DNA of 63,385 bases, counting the filler, from Octopus bimaculoides (taxonomy: Eukaryota): NCBI RefSeq assembly GCF_001194135.2. It is 5 parts of 4 records of this genome, joined end to end, with 100 filler letters (N's around TTAATTAATTAA, not from the genome) between each part and the next. Parts side by side here need not be neighbours in the genome. Positions count along the whole stretch, not along the records: positions 18,158 to 41,920 come from NC_068981.1; 4 more parts are not named here. One strand, 5' to 3'. The notes under the pieces are model-generated. The model was given only the letters and a program-made list of their open reading frames with translations, was not told the DNA's origin and did no database searches. The position numbers and the translations under genes are program-made. Below are positions 24,291 to 36,071 of the stretch, piece by piece. The stretch's first letter is position 1. Each line of letters opens with the position of its first letter.

Positions 24291-25034
24291 TCGTTACAAC
24301 ATGGTTATTTACTGATACACGAATATACCTGTACAGTGTTTTTGTTTGACCCTTCAGCCTTTCTAACATTTTGTTTATGTATTGGAGTACACAAATACAC
24401 GGTACAGAAGATTGTAAACAATGAAAGTATCTGTAATAATTTTTTTGGTACCAGACATCGTTACAACGGTAAACGCTAGAGAGAACGGTTGACAAAATGA
24501 AGAGAGAATGACAGAGATGAGTCGTCGTCGATGGCATAAAATGTCCTTTACTAACTCATACGCAACGAACGAGCAAACACACACACATATACAAGATGTG
24601 ACGTCGTGGTTGTGGTATAGAAAGTTTATTTTCGAGAAAATGTTGTATTGTTTCAATCCAAATGAAAATGAAAAACTACATGTTGACACTCGCGACCTTT
24701 TAAAATTTGATTTGAATTGGTGGAGCCGTTTGAGAATGCATTAGGAAAAGAGAGAGAGAGAGAAATAATTTTATATGTGTGTGTGTGTGTGATGGGGGTA
24801 AGAATACGTAAAAAAGATGGACAAAGCAGATACACACCGGAGTAGATATGTAAAATTCAACGACGAAAGAAGGAAGACGGAGTCCCAGCAAAGGTGAGTT
24901 GGCGTTAAGCAATGTACCTGTTGAGCTAATGTAAGTAATAAAATATGGGTGCAATAAAATAAAAGGTGGACAAGCCTATCCATCTTTTATTTTAATACAC
25001 ACTCGCGCATGCGCAAATAATGTTTATGTCGAAG

Positions 25035-25200
25035 CGCGTGGCTAAGTGGTTAGGGTGTTACATGAATGATCGTAAAATTACGGTTTCGATTCCTGGACCG
25101 AATGTGTGGTGTTCTTGAACTTCATTTCTCGTTACTCCAGTCCACTCAGCTAACAGAAAAAAAAAGTAATGCTGCAATGGACCGGGTTCGCGCCCGAGAG

Positions 25201-25203
<3 letters not shown>
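25035..25203 (+). mobile_element. SINE family H variant
   Basis: GCGCGTGGCTAAGTGGTTAGGGTG (A box), GGTTTCGATTCCTGGACC (B box), CCAGTCCACTCAGCT. Confidence 0.75.
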
Positions 25204-25242
<39 letters not shown>

Positions 25243-25255
25243 TATAAAGAATAAG

Positions 25256-25419
25256 AAGTTTTGAATGGTACAACAATGCACTATAAATACAAAAAATGGA
25301 CTATATACCTGTTGTAATTTAGTTATCCATAGTCCGATGATATTTCGGAATACACCTCCTTCTTCAGGTATATAGTCCATTTTTTGTATTATAGTGCATT
25401 GTTGTACCATTCAAAACTT
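25256..25419. repeat. Near-perfect 55-bp inverted repeat with 53-bp spacer
   Basis: 25256-25311 and 25365-25419 are reverse complements differing by one indel. Confidence 0.95.
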
Positions 25420-25465
25420 TTTAATCTATACAAACAATACACAATGCTTCAAGCGAACAACAATA

Positions 25466-25511
<46 letters not shown>

Positions 25512-25953
25512 CAAACACACACCATGGAATCCGGTAAACCAGGCTTATGAACCTTGGTTCGGGAAGGACCTTTGATCATTTGATGATATTTATACATACG
25601 CATGATAAGTATATTGATGTATAAACGTACACTAAACAAATCAGTCAAAATCAGTAAGTAGCATTTATATACTCAAGTGTAAAGAAAAACATCAGTGGAT
25701 AAAATATATCATTGATTTTTAAGTGGGAGCCATCGTATTCACACGCACACGCACACAAATGCATGTTCTACTAGCAGGTCGAGCGACCACCACATACACC
25801 ACAAACACTGTCTACACTCTCGTATCGTGATATTTTATGCTCACCGTCTCTGTCTGTCTCTCACTCTTTTTTTCCATCTCCCACTCTCTTCCCTCTCTCT
25901 CTCTCTCTTTGTAACGTACTATTTCATCCACTCTATGTGCTCGAAAACGTTGA

Positions 25954-27032
25954 TACTGGTTGCAGGAAGTTTTTGAGGACAAATTTGGTAATTTAGTTGA
26001 ACAATTCTAATTCAGCACAAACCAAATGGGTTTTAATAAAAATTCGATGCGGGACCGGGATCGTTGACATACCTGCAATAAATGGACATCATCTGAACAA
26101 TAGCGGTCTTCGGTGAAATTATGTTATTGTGAGGATGTCGATTATCCATCCCTTTCTAACAACACTCTAACCGTAGTAGTCCTTGGATTTGGATCTGGTG
26201 AATTTGGAGGCCACAAGTTTGGTAGTAAATGGTTGTAAATATTTTCTGAAATTCTTTCTTAGGCTGCCTGGGCTGTGTGATAACGTGCTGAGTCTTGTTA
26301 TAAATTTATCCTTCTATTGCGTACTTCATCCATTCAGGGTTTAACAACTGTCTCTAGCGCTTCAACATATATAGAAGCATTAGCTCTAAGACCCTGTGGA
26401 AATATACAAAGTGGTATGGCATGACTTTCATTACTCACCATCACAGTTGCTGGAAACTTAGTGTGCATCGCTCTGGTGACATCAGAAGAATCAGTCCACA
26501 GCCATCTTTTGGTCCTGGTCAAATTTATCCTCATCAGAGAAGAAACAAAGAATGCCATGCCCATAATAGGTTCAAAAATTCTTAAGTGACCGCTTGGAAT
26601 GGATCAAGCAGTTTTCCCTGTATCTGCTGCCATAAATTGACCCGCTCCTCATGCCATACGAGTTGTATCGAATACCCTCGTGCACTGTAGTTCTGAGAGT
26701 CCACTTTGACACCTGAAGGTTTTTTTAGTGATGACCTTCATTCAATTTTTTCCGGGTTTATCCTCGATTATGTTTTGAAACCCGTAGGATGAATTGCAGT
26801 GTCCTTATGGTTGAACTTTTAAAATGGTTTTGAAACATTTCCGCCAGAGTCTTCCAGTTTTGTGTGCAAAAGATCTTGCGATGTTTAGAAAGTTGGCAAT
26901 TTGTAAATCACCATTTTTCGCACATATGGCAACTTATGACTGCATGTCTTTTTATCTGTCACGGGGGATCTGAAAAAAAAAAAAAAAATAATAATAATAA
27001 CATAACAATAATAATAATAATAATAACATAAC

Positions 27033-27070
<38 letters not shown>

Positions 27071-27128
27071 CCTTTGGATTCATTTGAGGAAATAATTAAG
27101 AGTCCTCAAATAATGTTCGCAGCCTGTA
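25954..27128 (-). mobile_element. DD37D (maT/mori-type) Tc1/mariner transposon remnant
   Basis: Reverse translations: FFSDEDKFDQDQK, HTKFPATVMV..SNE.H..P..IFPQGLR.NA..Y.E.LETVVKP, QDSA..H.A and WPPNSPD.NP.DYY. Degenerate 27-bp TIRs (19/27 match) with TA at 25954 and 27127. Confidence 0.85.
26985..27066. repeat. (AAT)n microsatellite
   Basis: Direct read; lies inside the maT element. Confidence 0.9.
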
Positions 27129-27359
27129 CATTAATCATGTCGGTGTGTGTGTGTGTGTTGCATACATATATCTCTATGTATATGTCTGTCTGCCTGTCTG
27201 TCTATATTTATGCATATACTAATAATTAAGAGTTCTCAAATAACTTTCTCACCTTGTATATTAATCATGTCTGTCTGTGTGATTGTCGCATACATATGTC
27301 TACGTATCTGTCTGTCTATCTCTCTCTCTCTCTGTATTTATATGTACGTGTGTATACAT

Positions 27360-27527
27360 ATAGGCGCTGGCGTGGTTGTATAGTAAGAAGCTTGCTTTCC
27401 AACCATATGGTTCCGGGTTCACTCCTACTGCGTGATACCTTGGCCAAGTGTCTTCTACTATAGCCTCGGATCGACCAAAGCCTTGTGAGTGGATTTGGTT
27501 AACGGAAACTAAAAGAAGCCCGTCGTA
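27360..27527 (+). mobile_element. SINE family A head
   Basis: Close to the 31016 copy; followed by a (TA)-rich tract and a 939-N gap. Confidence 0.92.
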
Positions 27528-27536
27528 TATATATAT

Positions 27537-27568
<32 letters not shown>

Positions 27569-28559
27569 ATATATATTATATAATATATATATATATTATA
27601 TATATATATGTGTGTGTTACNNNNNNNNNNNNNNNNNNNNNNNNNNNNNNNNNNNNNNNNNNNNNNNNNNNNNNNNNNNNNNNNNNNNNNNNNNNNNNNN
27701 NNNNNNNNNNNNNNNNNNNNNNNNNNNNNNNNNNNNNNNNNNNNNNNNNNNNNNNNNNNNNNNNNNNNNNNNNNNNNNNNNNNNNNNNNNNNNNNNNNNN
27801 NNNNNNNNNNNNNNNNNNNNNNNNNNNNNNNNNNNNNNNNNNNNNNNNNNNNNNNNNNNNNNNNNNNNNNNNNNNNNNNNNNNNNNNNNNNNNNNNNNNN
27901 NNNNNNNNNNNNNNNNNNNNNNNNNNNNNNNNNNNNNNNNNNNNNNNNNNNNNNNNNNNNNNNNNNNNNNNNNNNNNNNNNNNNNNNNNNNNNNNNNNNN
28001 NNNNNNNNNNNNNNNNNNNNNNNNNNNNNNNNNNNNNNNNNNNNNNNNNNNNNNNNNNNNNNNNNNNNNNNNNNNNNNNNNNNNNNNNNNNNNNNNNNNN
28101 NNNNNNNNNNNNNNNNNNNNNNNNNNNNNNNNNNNNNNNNNNNNNNNNNNNNNNNNNNNNNNNNNNNNNNNNNNNNNNNNNNNNNNNNNNNNNNNNNNNN
28201 NNNNNNNNNNNNNNNNNNNNNNNNNNNNNNNNNNNNNNNNNNNNNNNNNNNNNNNNNNNNNNNNNNNNNNNNNNNNNNNNNNNNNNNNNNNNNNNNNNNN
28301 NNNNNNNNNNNNNNNNNNNNNNNNNNNNNNNNNNNNNNNNNNNNNNNNNNNNNNNNNNNNNNNNNNNNNNNNNNNNNNNNNNNNNNNNNNNNNNNNNNNN
28401 NNNNNNNNNNNNNNNNNNNNNNNNNNNNNNNNNNNNNNNNNNNNNNNNNNNNNNNNNNNNNNNNNNNNNNNNNNNNNNNNNNNNNNNNNNNNNNNNNNNN
28501 NNNNNNNNNNNNNNNNNNNNNNNNNNNNNNNNNNNNNNNNNNNNNNNNNNNNNNNNNNN

Positions 28560-28765
28560 AAGAAACGTTAGCACGCCAGGCGAAATGCTTAACCGTCAGT
28601 TGCCATCGCTGAGTTCATATTCCGCCGAGGTCGACTTTGCCTTTCATCCTTTGGGTGGGGGGGGGGTCGATAAATTAAGTACCAGTTGCGTACTGAGGTC
28701 GATCTAATCGACTGGCTCCCCTCCCCCCCAAATTTCGGACCTTGTGCCTAGAGTAGAAAAGGATA
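28560..28765 (+). mobile_element. SINE family B
   Basis: AACGTTAGCACGCCAGGCGAAATGCTTA ... CCGCCGAGGTCGACTTTGCCTTTCATCCTT ... CCTTGTGCCTAGAGTAGAAAAG. Confidence 0.9.
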
Positions 28766-28857
28766 CTTATTTTGTTGGAATTCGTTGTGAGAAAATTCTT
28801 TTCATCAAAACGTACGAGGAAACAGATATAATCTTAATATGCACTCTATGAAACGCA

Positions 28858-29092
28858 TTTATCTTTTATCTTTCACTTGTTTCAGTCATTAGACTACGGC
28901 TATGCTGGGGCACCGCCTTGAAGAATGTTTTAGTCGAACATATCGACCCCAGTACATATTGCTTTTAGAAGCCTGGTGGTTATTCTATCGGCCTATTTTG
29001 CCGAACTGCTAAGTTACGAGGACGTAAACACCAGTACCGGTAGTCAAGCAGTGGGGGAGGGGGCAAACACAGACACAAAGAGGCACACACAT
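28858..29092 (-). mobile_element. SINE family C tail (3' half of the composite A/C SINE)
   Basis: TCTTTTATCTTTCACTTGTTTCAGTCATTAGACTACGGCTATGCTGGGGCACCGCC ... CTAAGTTACGAGGACGTAAACAC is the reverse complement of 56930-57142. Confidence 0.88.
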
Positions 29093-29539
29093 CTTATATA
29101 AGAAAAGAAAGTTTGTGTGTGTGTGCGTGCGTATGTTCATTAGGGATTCGGAAACGGAGATGCCGATTTTGACGTATGAGGTATCAAAAGATTCAGTAAT
29201 CTTTCGGTTACCAAAAAAAGTATGTTTTTCGTATAACTCATTTTTACTACATAAGTATCTCGAAAACTGGATCGGGTCGCACAATTTCGAGGTCTTTGGC
29301 TAAGGGAGGCAACTCTGCCTGAACACTCTTAAAACACATGGAGTTTTACCAAGGATTGAAACTTCGAAGATATACCGTCAACTTCATTAGTATTATTTAG
29401 TAGATAATCTCTTAATGTGAAGTATGTTTGTCTGTGTTTTGTTTAGCCCAGAGTCGCCTCTGATATAGCAGACCCATCGCATAGCGTTTTTATTTTTCTT
29501 CCTGAAAACTGTAAATTTGTGTCTTTCTTTTGATGAAAG

Positions 29540-29628
29540 AGTTTGGCCAAGGTGTCACGCAGTGGGACTGAACCCGGAACCATACAATTGGGAAGCGAGC
29601 TTCTTACCACACAGCCACGCCAGCGCCT
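29540..29628 (-). mobile_element. SINE family A, 5' fragment
   Basis: GGCCAAGGTGTCACGCAGTGGGACTGAACCCGGAACCAT...CTTCTTACCACACAGCCACGCCAGCGCCT. Confidence 0.85.
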
Positions 29629-30020
29629 TTGTGTACGTGTATATACGTTTATGTTTTACATTAGCGTATAGCTTTTACACCTGTATTGTATTTTATTAAT
29701 GAACATCTACAGTTTCATATTCTCACATTTTAACCACTAATACAGTGTTTTTCTTTCTCACTCAATGAATAGACTACATTTTTGATGGTCAGACTACAAT
29801 AAACAAACGGTTTTTCCCTCCATATATTAGACGACAAACATAATATATTTCTCACTCAGGAACAACCACTATAGAATTCTCACTGTAAGACTATAAAAAC
29901 GTGTGTGCGTGGACACACACATACACCATTTAAATATGTATGTGTGTGTGTATGTATGTATGTATAAATATGTATGCATATGTGCATATGTATACATACA
30001 TATATATGTATGTATGTGTA

Positions 30021-30061
<41 letters not shown>

Positions 30062-31015
30062 NNNNNNNNNNATATATATATACATATATACACACACACA
30101 CACACACAGTGATGTCCGTCCTGTACTTGATGTATTTTATATTTATTTATAATCGAACGCCATGCAGCCTTGTCCAAAGTAAGTTTTTACTTTTATTTAT
30201 AACTTCGGCGACTCGACTTTCTGTTGCCTCTCTCTTTCTCTCTCTCTTTCTTTCTTTCTTTCTTCCTACCCCTCTACAATCCTCTTTATTTTCCGTTTCT
30301 TCTCCCTCCTTCTTTGCTTCCTTCTGTCTGTCTTTCCTCCACCCCTTACTATCTTTCGTTCCTTAGCCCTTCTCCACACTCCGTTTGTTTCTTTCTCACA
30401 TCCTCTCTCTTGTCTCCCTTCTCCTCTGCCTGTTTCCTCCCACATGACAACAAGCCATTTTTTTCTCACCTCTGTCCTTTCTGGATGCGACGTCCACTTA
30501 GCTGGACGTCGTTTTTTTTTCTCGCCGCACGACATGTTCTCTCATTTTTTCTCTTCTACTATTTTGTTTTGTATTTATTCTATCTATATCCGTTCAAAAT
30601 TCTTCCCAAGCGTTACCCATTACAATGCGACTTGGCCTAGCAGCCCTTTATGTTTGTCTTCGTCGATTGTTTACTCTGTACATCCACTCTGTCGTTGTTT
30701 GTTCGTTCAAAGCACTAACTCTCCACAAATTTTATATTTAAAAAATTTCCGGATGCTCCTGTTTTATGAAGTTTTCCTATCTTGTTGAAAGCTCGAAATA
30801 GGGAACAATTAACAGTCGACAACTGAGGAGGGGTTAGACTTCTTTTGGTATTTTTCACGTACTTGTCTCTCATTATGTGTTTACATATTTTTCAATCGTT
30901 GGCGATGTCCTGTTCTTATTGTATATTTTTTGATAATTTGTCCTGTACTTATCGCTCGTGTGTTTAGGTATTTTTCAGTCGCTGGTGATGTTCTGTACTT
31001 GATGTATTATTTATA

Positions 31016-31179
31016 TAGGCGCAGGAGTGGCTGTGTGGTAAGTAGCTTGCTTACCAACCACATGGTTCCGGGTTCATTCCCATTGCGTGGCACCTTGGGC
31101 AAGTGTCTTCCACTATAGCCTCGGGTCGACCAAAGCCTTGTGAGTGGATTTGGTAGACGGAAACTGAAAGAAGCCCGTC

Positions 31180-31181
<2 letters not shown>
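31016..31181 (+). mobile_element. SINE family A head (best-preserved copy; CORE-SINE-like)
   Basis: A box TGGCTGTGTGG, B box GGTTCATTCCC, CORE-like GTGGCACCTTGGGCAAGTGTCTTC, ending GAAGCCCGTCG-(TA)n. Resembles the octopod OR2 CORE-SINE (from memory, unverified). Confidence 0.92.
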
Positions 31182-31211
<30 letters not shown>

Positions 31212-31462
31212 NNNNNNNNNNNNNNNNNNNNNNNNNNNNNNNNNNNNNNNNNNNNNNNNNNNNNNNNNNNNNNNNNNNNNNNNNNNNNNNNNNNNNNNNN
31301 NNNNNNNNNNNNNNNNNNNNNNNNNNNNNNNNNNNNNNNNNNNNNNNNNNNNNNNNNNNNNNNNNNNNNNNNNNNNNNNNNNNNNNNNNNNNNNNNNNNN
31401 NNNNNNNNNNNNNNNNNNNNNNNNNNNNNNNNNNNNNNNNNNNNNNNNNNNNNNNNNNNNNN

Positions 31463-31500
<38 letters not shown>

Positions 31501-31730
31501 TATATGGGTACAGGACGTCACCAACAGTAAACAACATGAAAAACGAAAAGAAATGAGTTAAATACGTAAATAACGAAAGAAAAAAAAGGACAAGTAATAC
31601 AAAGAATGACCCTTCTCATTGCTCGAAATGGGGAGTAGATAGACAGCCGACAACTGACGAAGGGTTATTCTTTGTGTTATGCTTTTTTTCTCTCGTTATT
31701 TACGAATTTAACTCATATGTTTTCGTATTT

Positions 31731-31769
<39 letters not shown>

Positions 31770-31789
31770 ATAAGTGCATATATATAAGT

Positions 31790-31890
31790 ATGAGTGGTTG
31801 TGTGGTAAGAAGCTCGCTTCCCAACCACATGGTTCTTGGTTCAGTCCCCTTGGGCAAGTGCCTTCTACTATAGCCTTGGGCCGACCAAAT
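31790..31890 (+). mobile_element. SINE family A, truncated
   Basis: GAGTGGTTGTGTGGTAAGAAGCTCGCTTCCCAACCACATGG ... TTGGGCAAGTG.CTTCTACTATAGCC. Confidence 0.85.
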
Positions 31891-32385
31891 ATATATATAC
31901 CTATTGAGTCTTGTACATCAACATCAATATCAAAATCAAATCAAATGGAAATTGTAGTTGTGACACAATGTTATAAATGCTCTTGTATGATATTCTCTGA
32001 GTCTCAGACTATAAACACCATAGATATTTTCTCAGACTCAGATAACAAAATAGAAAATTACTATTTGTAAATCTCACTTTGAGAGATATTACAGCAAAAT
32101 TCGTCCTAAACCAGGACTGCCATGTTATGTTGGCAAACAATCTTTACCTCAGATAACAAACATGTATATTTATGTCCAGTATGCATACATTAATAATATA
32201 TATTTTCACACTTTCACACCACTAGCAAACTATAGATTTTTCACACTCTGATCTTATTTGTGTATACTATATTTTCCTAACTCATAGATTTCTAGCACAT
32301 CATTATTGTTTTTTCAAGCACACATCTTATTCACACAAAGTTATTCTGTCTCTCCCTCTTACTTCAAATACACTATATTTCCTGA

Positions 32386-32670
32386 CAGAGGCAAAGTGGC
32401 TGAATTCCTTTCGAATGTTGGGCCTCATGGAGTCAAGGTGGCTGAGTACCTTTTGAGAATTGGGCCTCACAGAGGCAAAGTGGCCGAGTTCCTTTAGAAG
32501 GATGGGCTTCATGGAGGCAAAGTGGCCAAGCTCCATTCGAGGCAAGGTGGCTGAGTACCTTTTGAGAGTTGGGCCTCATGGAGGCAAAGTGGCCAAGTTC
32601 CTTTTGAAGGTTGGGCCTCATGGAGGCAAAGTGGCCAAGTTCCTCTTGAAGGTTGGGTCTCATGGAGGCA
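32386..32670. repeat. 42-bp minisatellite, about 7 units
   Basis: CAARGTGGC recurs at 32392, 32434, 32476, 32518, 32543 (after a 25-bp truncated unit), 32585 and 32627; consensus GGAGGCAAAGTGGCCAAGTTCCTTTTGAAGGTTGGGCCTCAT. Confidence 0.95.
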
Positions 32671-32689
32671 ATCAAGACCTTTGGCATAA

Positions 32690-32955
32690 TGTCATACTTG
32701 AGAAGACCCATGTAGCTGAGCAAAATCGTAGTTGTGACAGATACTGGTGTCACACAAATGGCACCCATGCCAGTAGCACGTAAAAGCACCCATTACACTC
32801 TTGGAGTGGTTGGCGTTAGGAAGGGCATCCAACCATAGAAAACCATCAGACAGGATTCTGGAGCAGCCTTCCAGTGTGCCAGTCCTGTCAAACTGTCCAA
32901 CCCATGCCAGCATGGACAATGGATGTTAAATGATGATGATGATGATGATGATTGA
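32690..32955 (+). mobile_element. RTE-type 3' tail element, family F, with (GAT)n tail
   Basis: GCACCCATTACACTCTTGGAGTGGTTGGCGTTAGGAAGGGCATCCA ... CCAACCCATGCCAGCATGGA..GGATGTTAAATGATGATG. Confidence 0.85.
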
Positions 32956-32992
32956 TGATTGTCGTTAACACTCTACTGCCAAAGATAGTTTA

Positions 32993-33207
32993 TTTAAACC
33001 CTTTTGTTGCTATATTTCTTTTGAAAACCATGGTTTTGTTTCAATTAATTTTGAAAATAATGAACAATTTTAAAAAATAACTTTGTCTATATTATGCTGG
33101 TATTTGTGATATAAATCAACATGAAATTTTAATGAAAGGTTTTAATTAAGACCACTTTAAAAAATGAAGTTTGTATCAAGAACCAGGGGTGGTTTTGGAT
33201 GAGTTAA
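32993..33207. mobile_element. Possible piggyBac-like MITE (degenerate)
   Basis: Begins TTTAAACCC and ends GAGTTAA (approximating TTAA-CCC...GGG-TTAA); AT-rich body resembling a recurrent octopod MITE (from memory). Confidence 0.4.
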
Positions 33208-33534
33208 TATTCAGTGGGTACTTTAAGAATATTGCTATATTTTGTTAGTTTCCCCCTTATGCATACACTATAGGGACAAATAAAGGCGCTTCAATGCTGT
33301 CCTGCTTATATAGATGGTTGAAACAGCAGAAAGATTTCACTACCATCCTCAGAAAAAGAGAGTACACTGTGAATAAAATAGTCTCAGATGCATCTTGTCC
33401 AAAAGACAATATAGATATGATTACAGATGGAATACCTTTGATCATGTATAGATTCGCTCAATCAAGAGCTGACTTGGTTTGAAACCACAATAATTATTAT
33501 AAGAGGCTTTACACAGTCATTCAACATCTTAGTA

Positions 33535-33705
33535 ATAGCAGTCAAATCTCCTCCAAATCATGTCTTACCATCTTAAAATAGGAAAGGCAAATTGGAGTAT
33601 CTTGTCTGGGATGTAAGTACACTATTGCTAGAAAGAAGAATGGGTGGTTACTGCCAGATTGTCTTTGATAGTAGGCTTGTTGAGATCCAACTAAACAACA
33701 ACAGT
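33535..33705 (+). mobile_element. Old SINE-like family I, with (AAC)n tail
   Basis: Shares CAAAT..C...CAAATCA..TCTTA..AA..GGA...ATTGGA.. and the ..TAAACAACAAC tail with 36465-36600 and 51225-51375. Confidence 0.45.
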
Positions 33706-34964
33706 TATATCTTTCCTCCATCCAGACACATTATATTTAATTACACACTGATGTGAAATGTACCATATTTCATTAATGTAGCATATTATAAACACTCTGT
33801 ATTTTTGTTATTCTGAATATAGCTTCAGGGTTTTCTATGTGTCATACTATAAACACATTATATATTTTCTCATTATCCTTCACAAACACAACATATTTTA
33901 TTTAAATTTGGTGATCATTATTTTATATCTAAAACACTACTCATCATAGACATATAAATTTTTAATATAATTTTTTAAAAAATCATAACTCATATGCTTA
34001 GTATATATTATTTGAATTAAAATTTATGTTTTCCAAACTTAAGCTCAGACACAAAATATTTATCTGACAGTTTGCAAGTGCACCATATTTTTATCCAAAC
34101 TCAGCCCTAAAGTAAACCATATTTATGCATACTCAAAAGACAAATTCAGTATATATATACCACACTCTGTCTTCAAGTACACTATATTTTCTCATGCTCA
34201 AAACTCAAAATTCATATAAACAACAGCAACTGAACAACATCAAACACAATATATCGAACACAATATATCTAATGAAACCCCGTCTTCTACTTCAATATAT
34301 TTTATTACCATGAGACCACAAACAAACTATATTTTGTTACACTCAATCCCCAAAACACAATATATTTCAAATCAAGTATTTTTCATTTTATTTTACAATT
34401 AGAACTATATTTTAACATCCTTGCACCTAAAACACATAACAGTTTCTCATTTTCACACATAAAACCATATATTTTCTCACTCTCAAATCTTAAGTACATA
34501 GTATGTTAATCACAGTCTACAAGCATTGTATTTTCTTTCATTCAAACCTAATGTAAATTTTCAAGTTTATACATAATTCACAGTCAAACCTCAGAAATTG
34601 TTTAGTTTATAATATAATTCACTGATTCAAACACTGTTTTTTTTTTTTTTAATTTTTGTAATATTTATTATTTCATTCTTAGACACATTCAACTCAATAT
34701 TTTGTCAACCTTAGATCACAAACATACTATATTTAGTTGTTCTGCATTTACTTCCTGTTAAATGTCAAATATATTTTCTCACTTTCAAAACTCAGGTATA
34801 CTATTTTCTGTCAAACTCAGGACATAAACTCTATATATTTCTCACACTCCCCATTAGAGTGACAATTTTTTTTTCTTATATTTTTAATAATACATGTCAC
34901 TCATGCAATATCTTGCTTGTAAGCTTAAATAATATATTTCCTGTAACTTAAACCTCACACATCC

Positions 34965-35435
34965 AGTCGTAAAAACCCTGCCAAAACAGACCTCACCAGT
35001 GCTGGTGTCACATCAAAAGTATCCAGCCCAATCTGTAAAATGGTTGGCATTACGAAGGACTTCTAGTTGTAAAAACCATGGCAGAATAGACCTTAGTAGT
35101 GCTGTTGCCACATGAAAAGCACCCAGTCCAGTTTGTAAAGTGGTTGGAATTAGGAAGGGCATCCAGCCTGAAAAACTATGCTAGAACAATCCTCACCAGT
35201 GCTGGTGCCACGTTAAAAGTACCTGGTTCATTCTGTAAAAGGGGTGGGTATTAGGAAGGGCATTCAGCTGTGAAAATCATGCCAAAACACACAGTGGAGC
35301 TTGGTGCAGCCCTCTAGCTTGCCTCCTGTCAAGCCGTTCATTCCATGCCAGCATGGAAAACAGATGTTAAATGATGATGATGACAATAATGCCGATGATG
35401 GTGGTGGTGGTAGTGATGATGATGATAATGATGAT
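34965..35435 (+). mobile_element. Family F element with three ~100-bp tandem units and (GAT)n tail
   Basis: CCAGTGCTGGTG-like anchors at about 34997, 35097 and 35197; TTAGGAAGGGCAT blocks; ends CCATGCCAGCATGGAAAACAGATGTTAAATGATGATG. Confidence 0.85.
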
Positions 35436-35679
35436 GACAAGTCTATGCTAGATATACTCTACTACTTCATAGACTACATACACACTATATTTTCGCCTAG
35501 TCTATACCTAACACATACTATTCCTTCACAGTTTATAAACACCTTATATTTTAATCATCTACTAACAGTCTCTCTTTCTTCATAGTCTACATTACACACT
35601 ATATTTTCTTGTAATCTACAAGCACACTATATTTCTAGAGAGTCTCTATACTCTATATTTTCATAAGCTACTTACAAAT

Positions 35680-36071
35680 GTGGAGGCGCAATGGCCCAGT
35701 GGTTAGGGCAGCGGACTCACGGTCATAGGATCATGGTTTCAATTCCCAGACCGGGTGCTGTGGGTGTTTATTGAGCGAAAACACCTAAAGCTCCACGAGG
35801 CTCCGGCAGGGGATGGTGGCGAACCCTGCTGTACTCTTTCACCATCAACTTTCTCTCACTCTTACTTCCTGTTTCTGTTGTGCCTGTAATTCAAAGGCTC
35901 AGCCTTGTCATACTGTGTCACGCTGAATATCCCTGAGAACTACGTTAAGGGTACACGTGTCTGTGGAGTGCTCAGCCACTTGCACGTTAATTTCACGAGC
36001 AGGCTGTTCCGTTGACTGGATCAACTGGAACCCTCGACGCCGTAAGCGACGGAGTGCCAACAACATACTAC
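35680..36071 (+). mobile_element. tRNA-derived SINE, family G, full length with TSD
   Basis: GGAGGCGCAATGGCCCAGTGGTTAGGGCAGCGGACTC (A box), GGTTTCAATTCCC (B box); 10-bp TSD ACTTACAAAT at 35670-35679 and 36072-36081. Confidence 0.95.

Noticed and set aside
32386-32670. Regularly spaced repeats as a possible CRISPR array
   Set aside because: The units are contiguous with no unique spacers, the context is eukaryotic and there are no cas genes.
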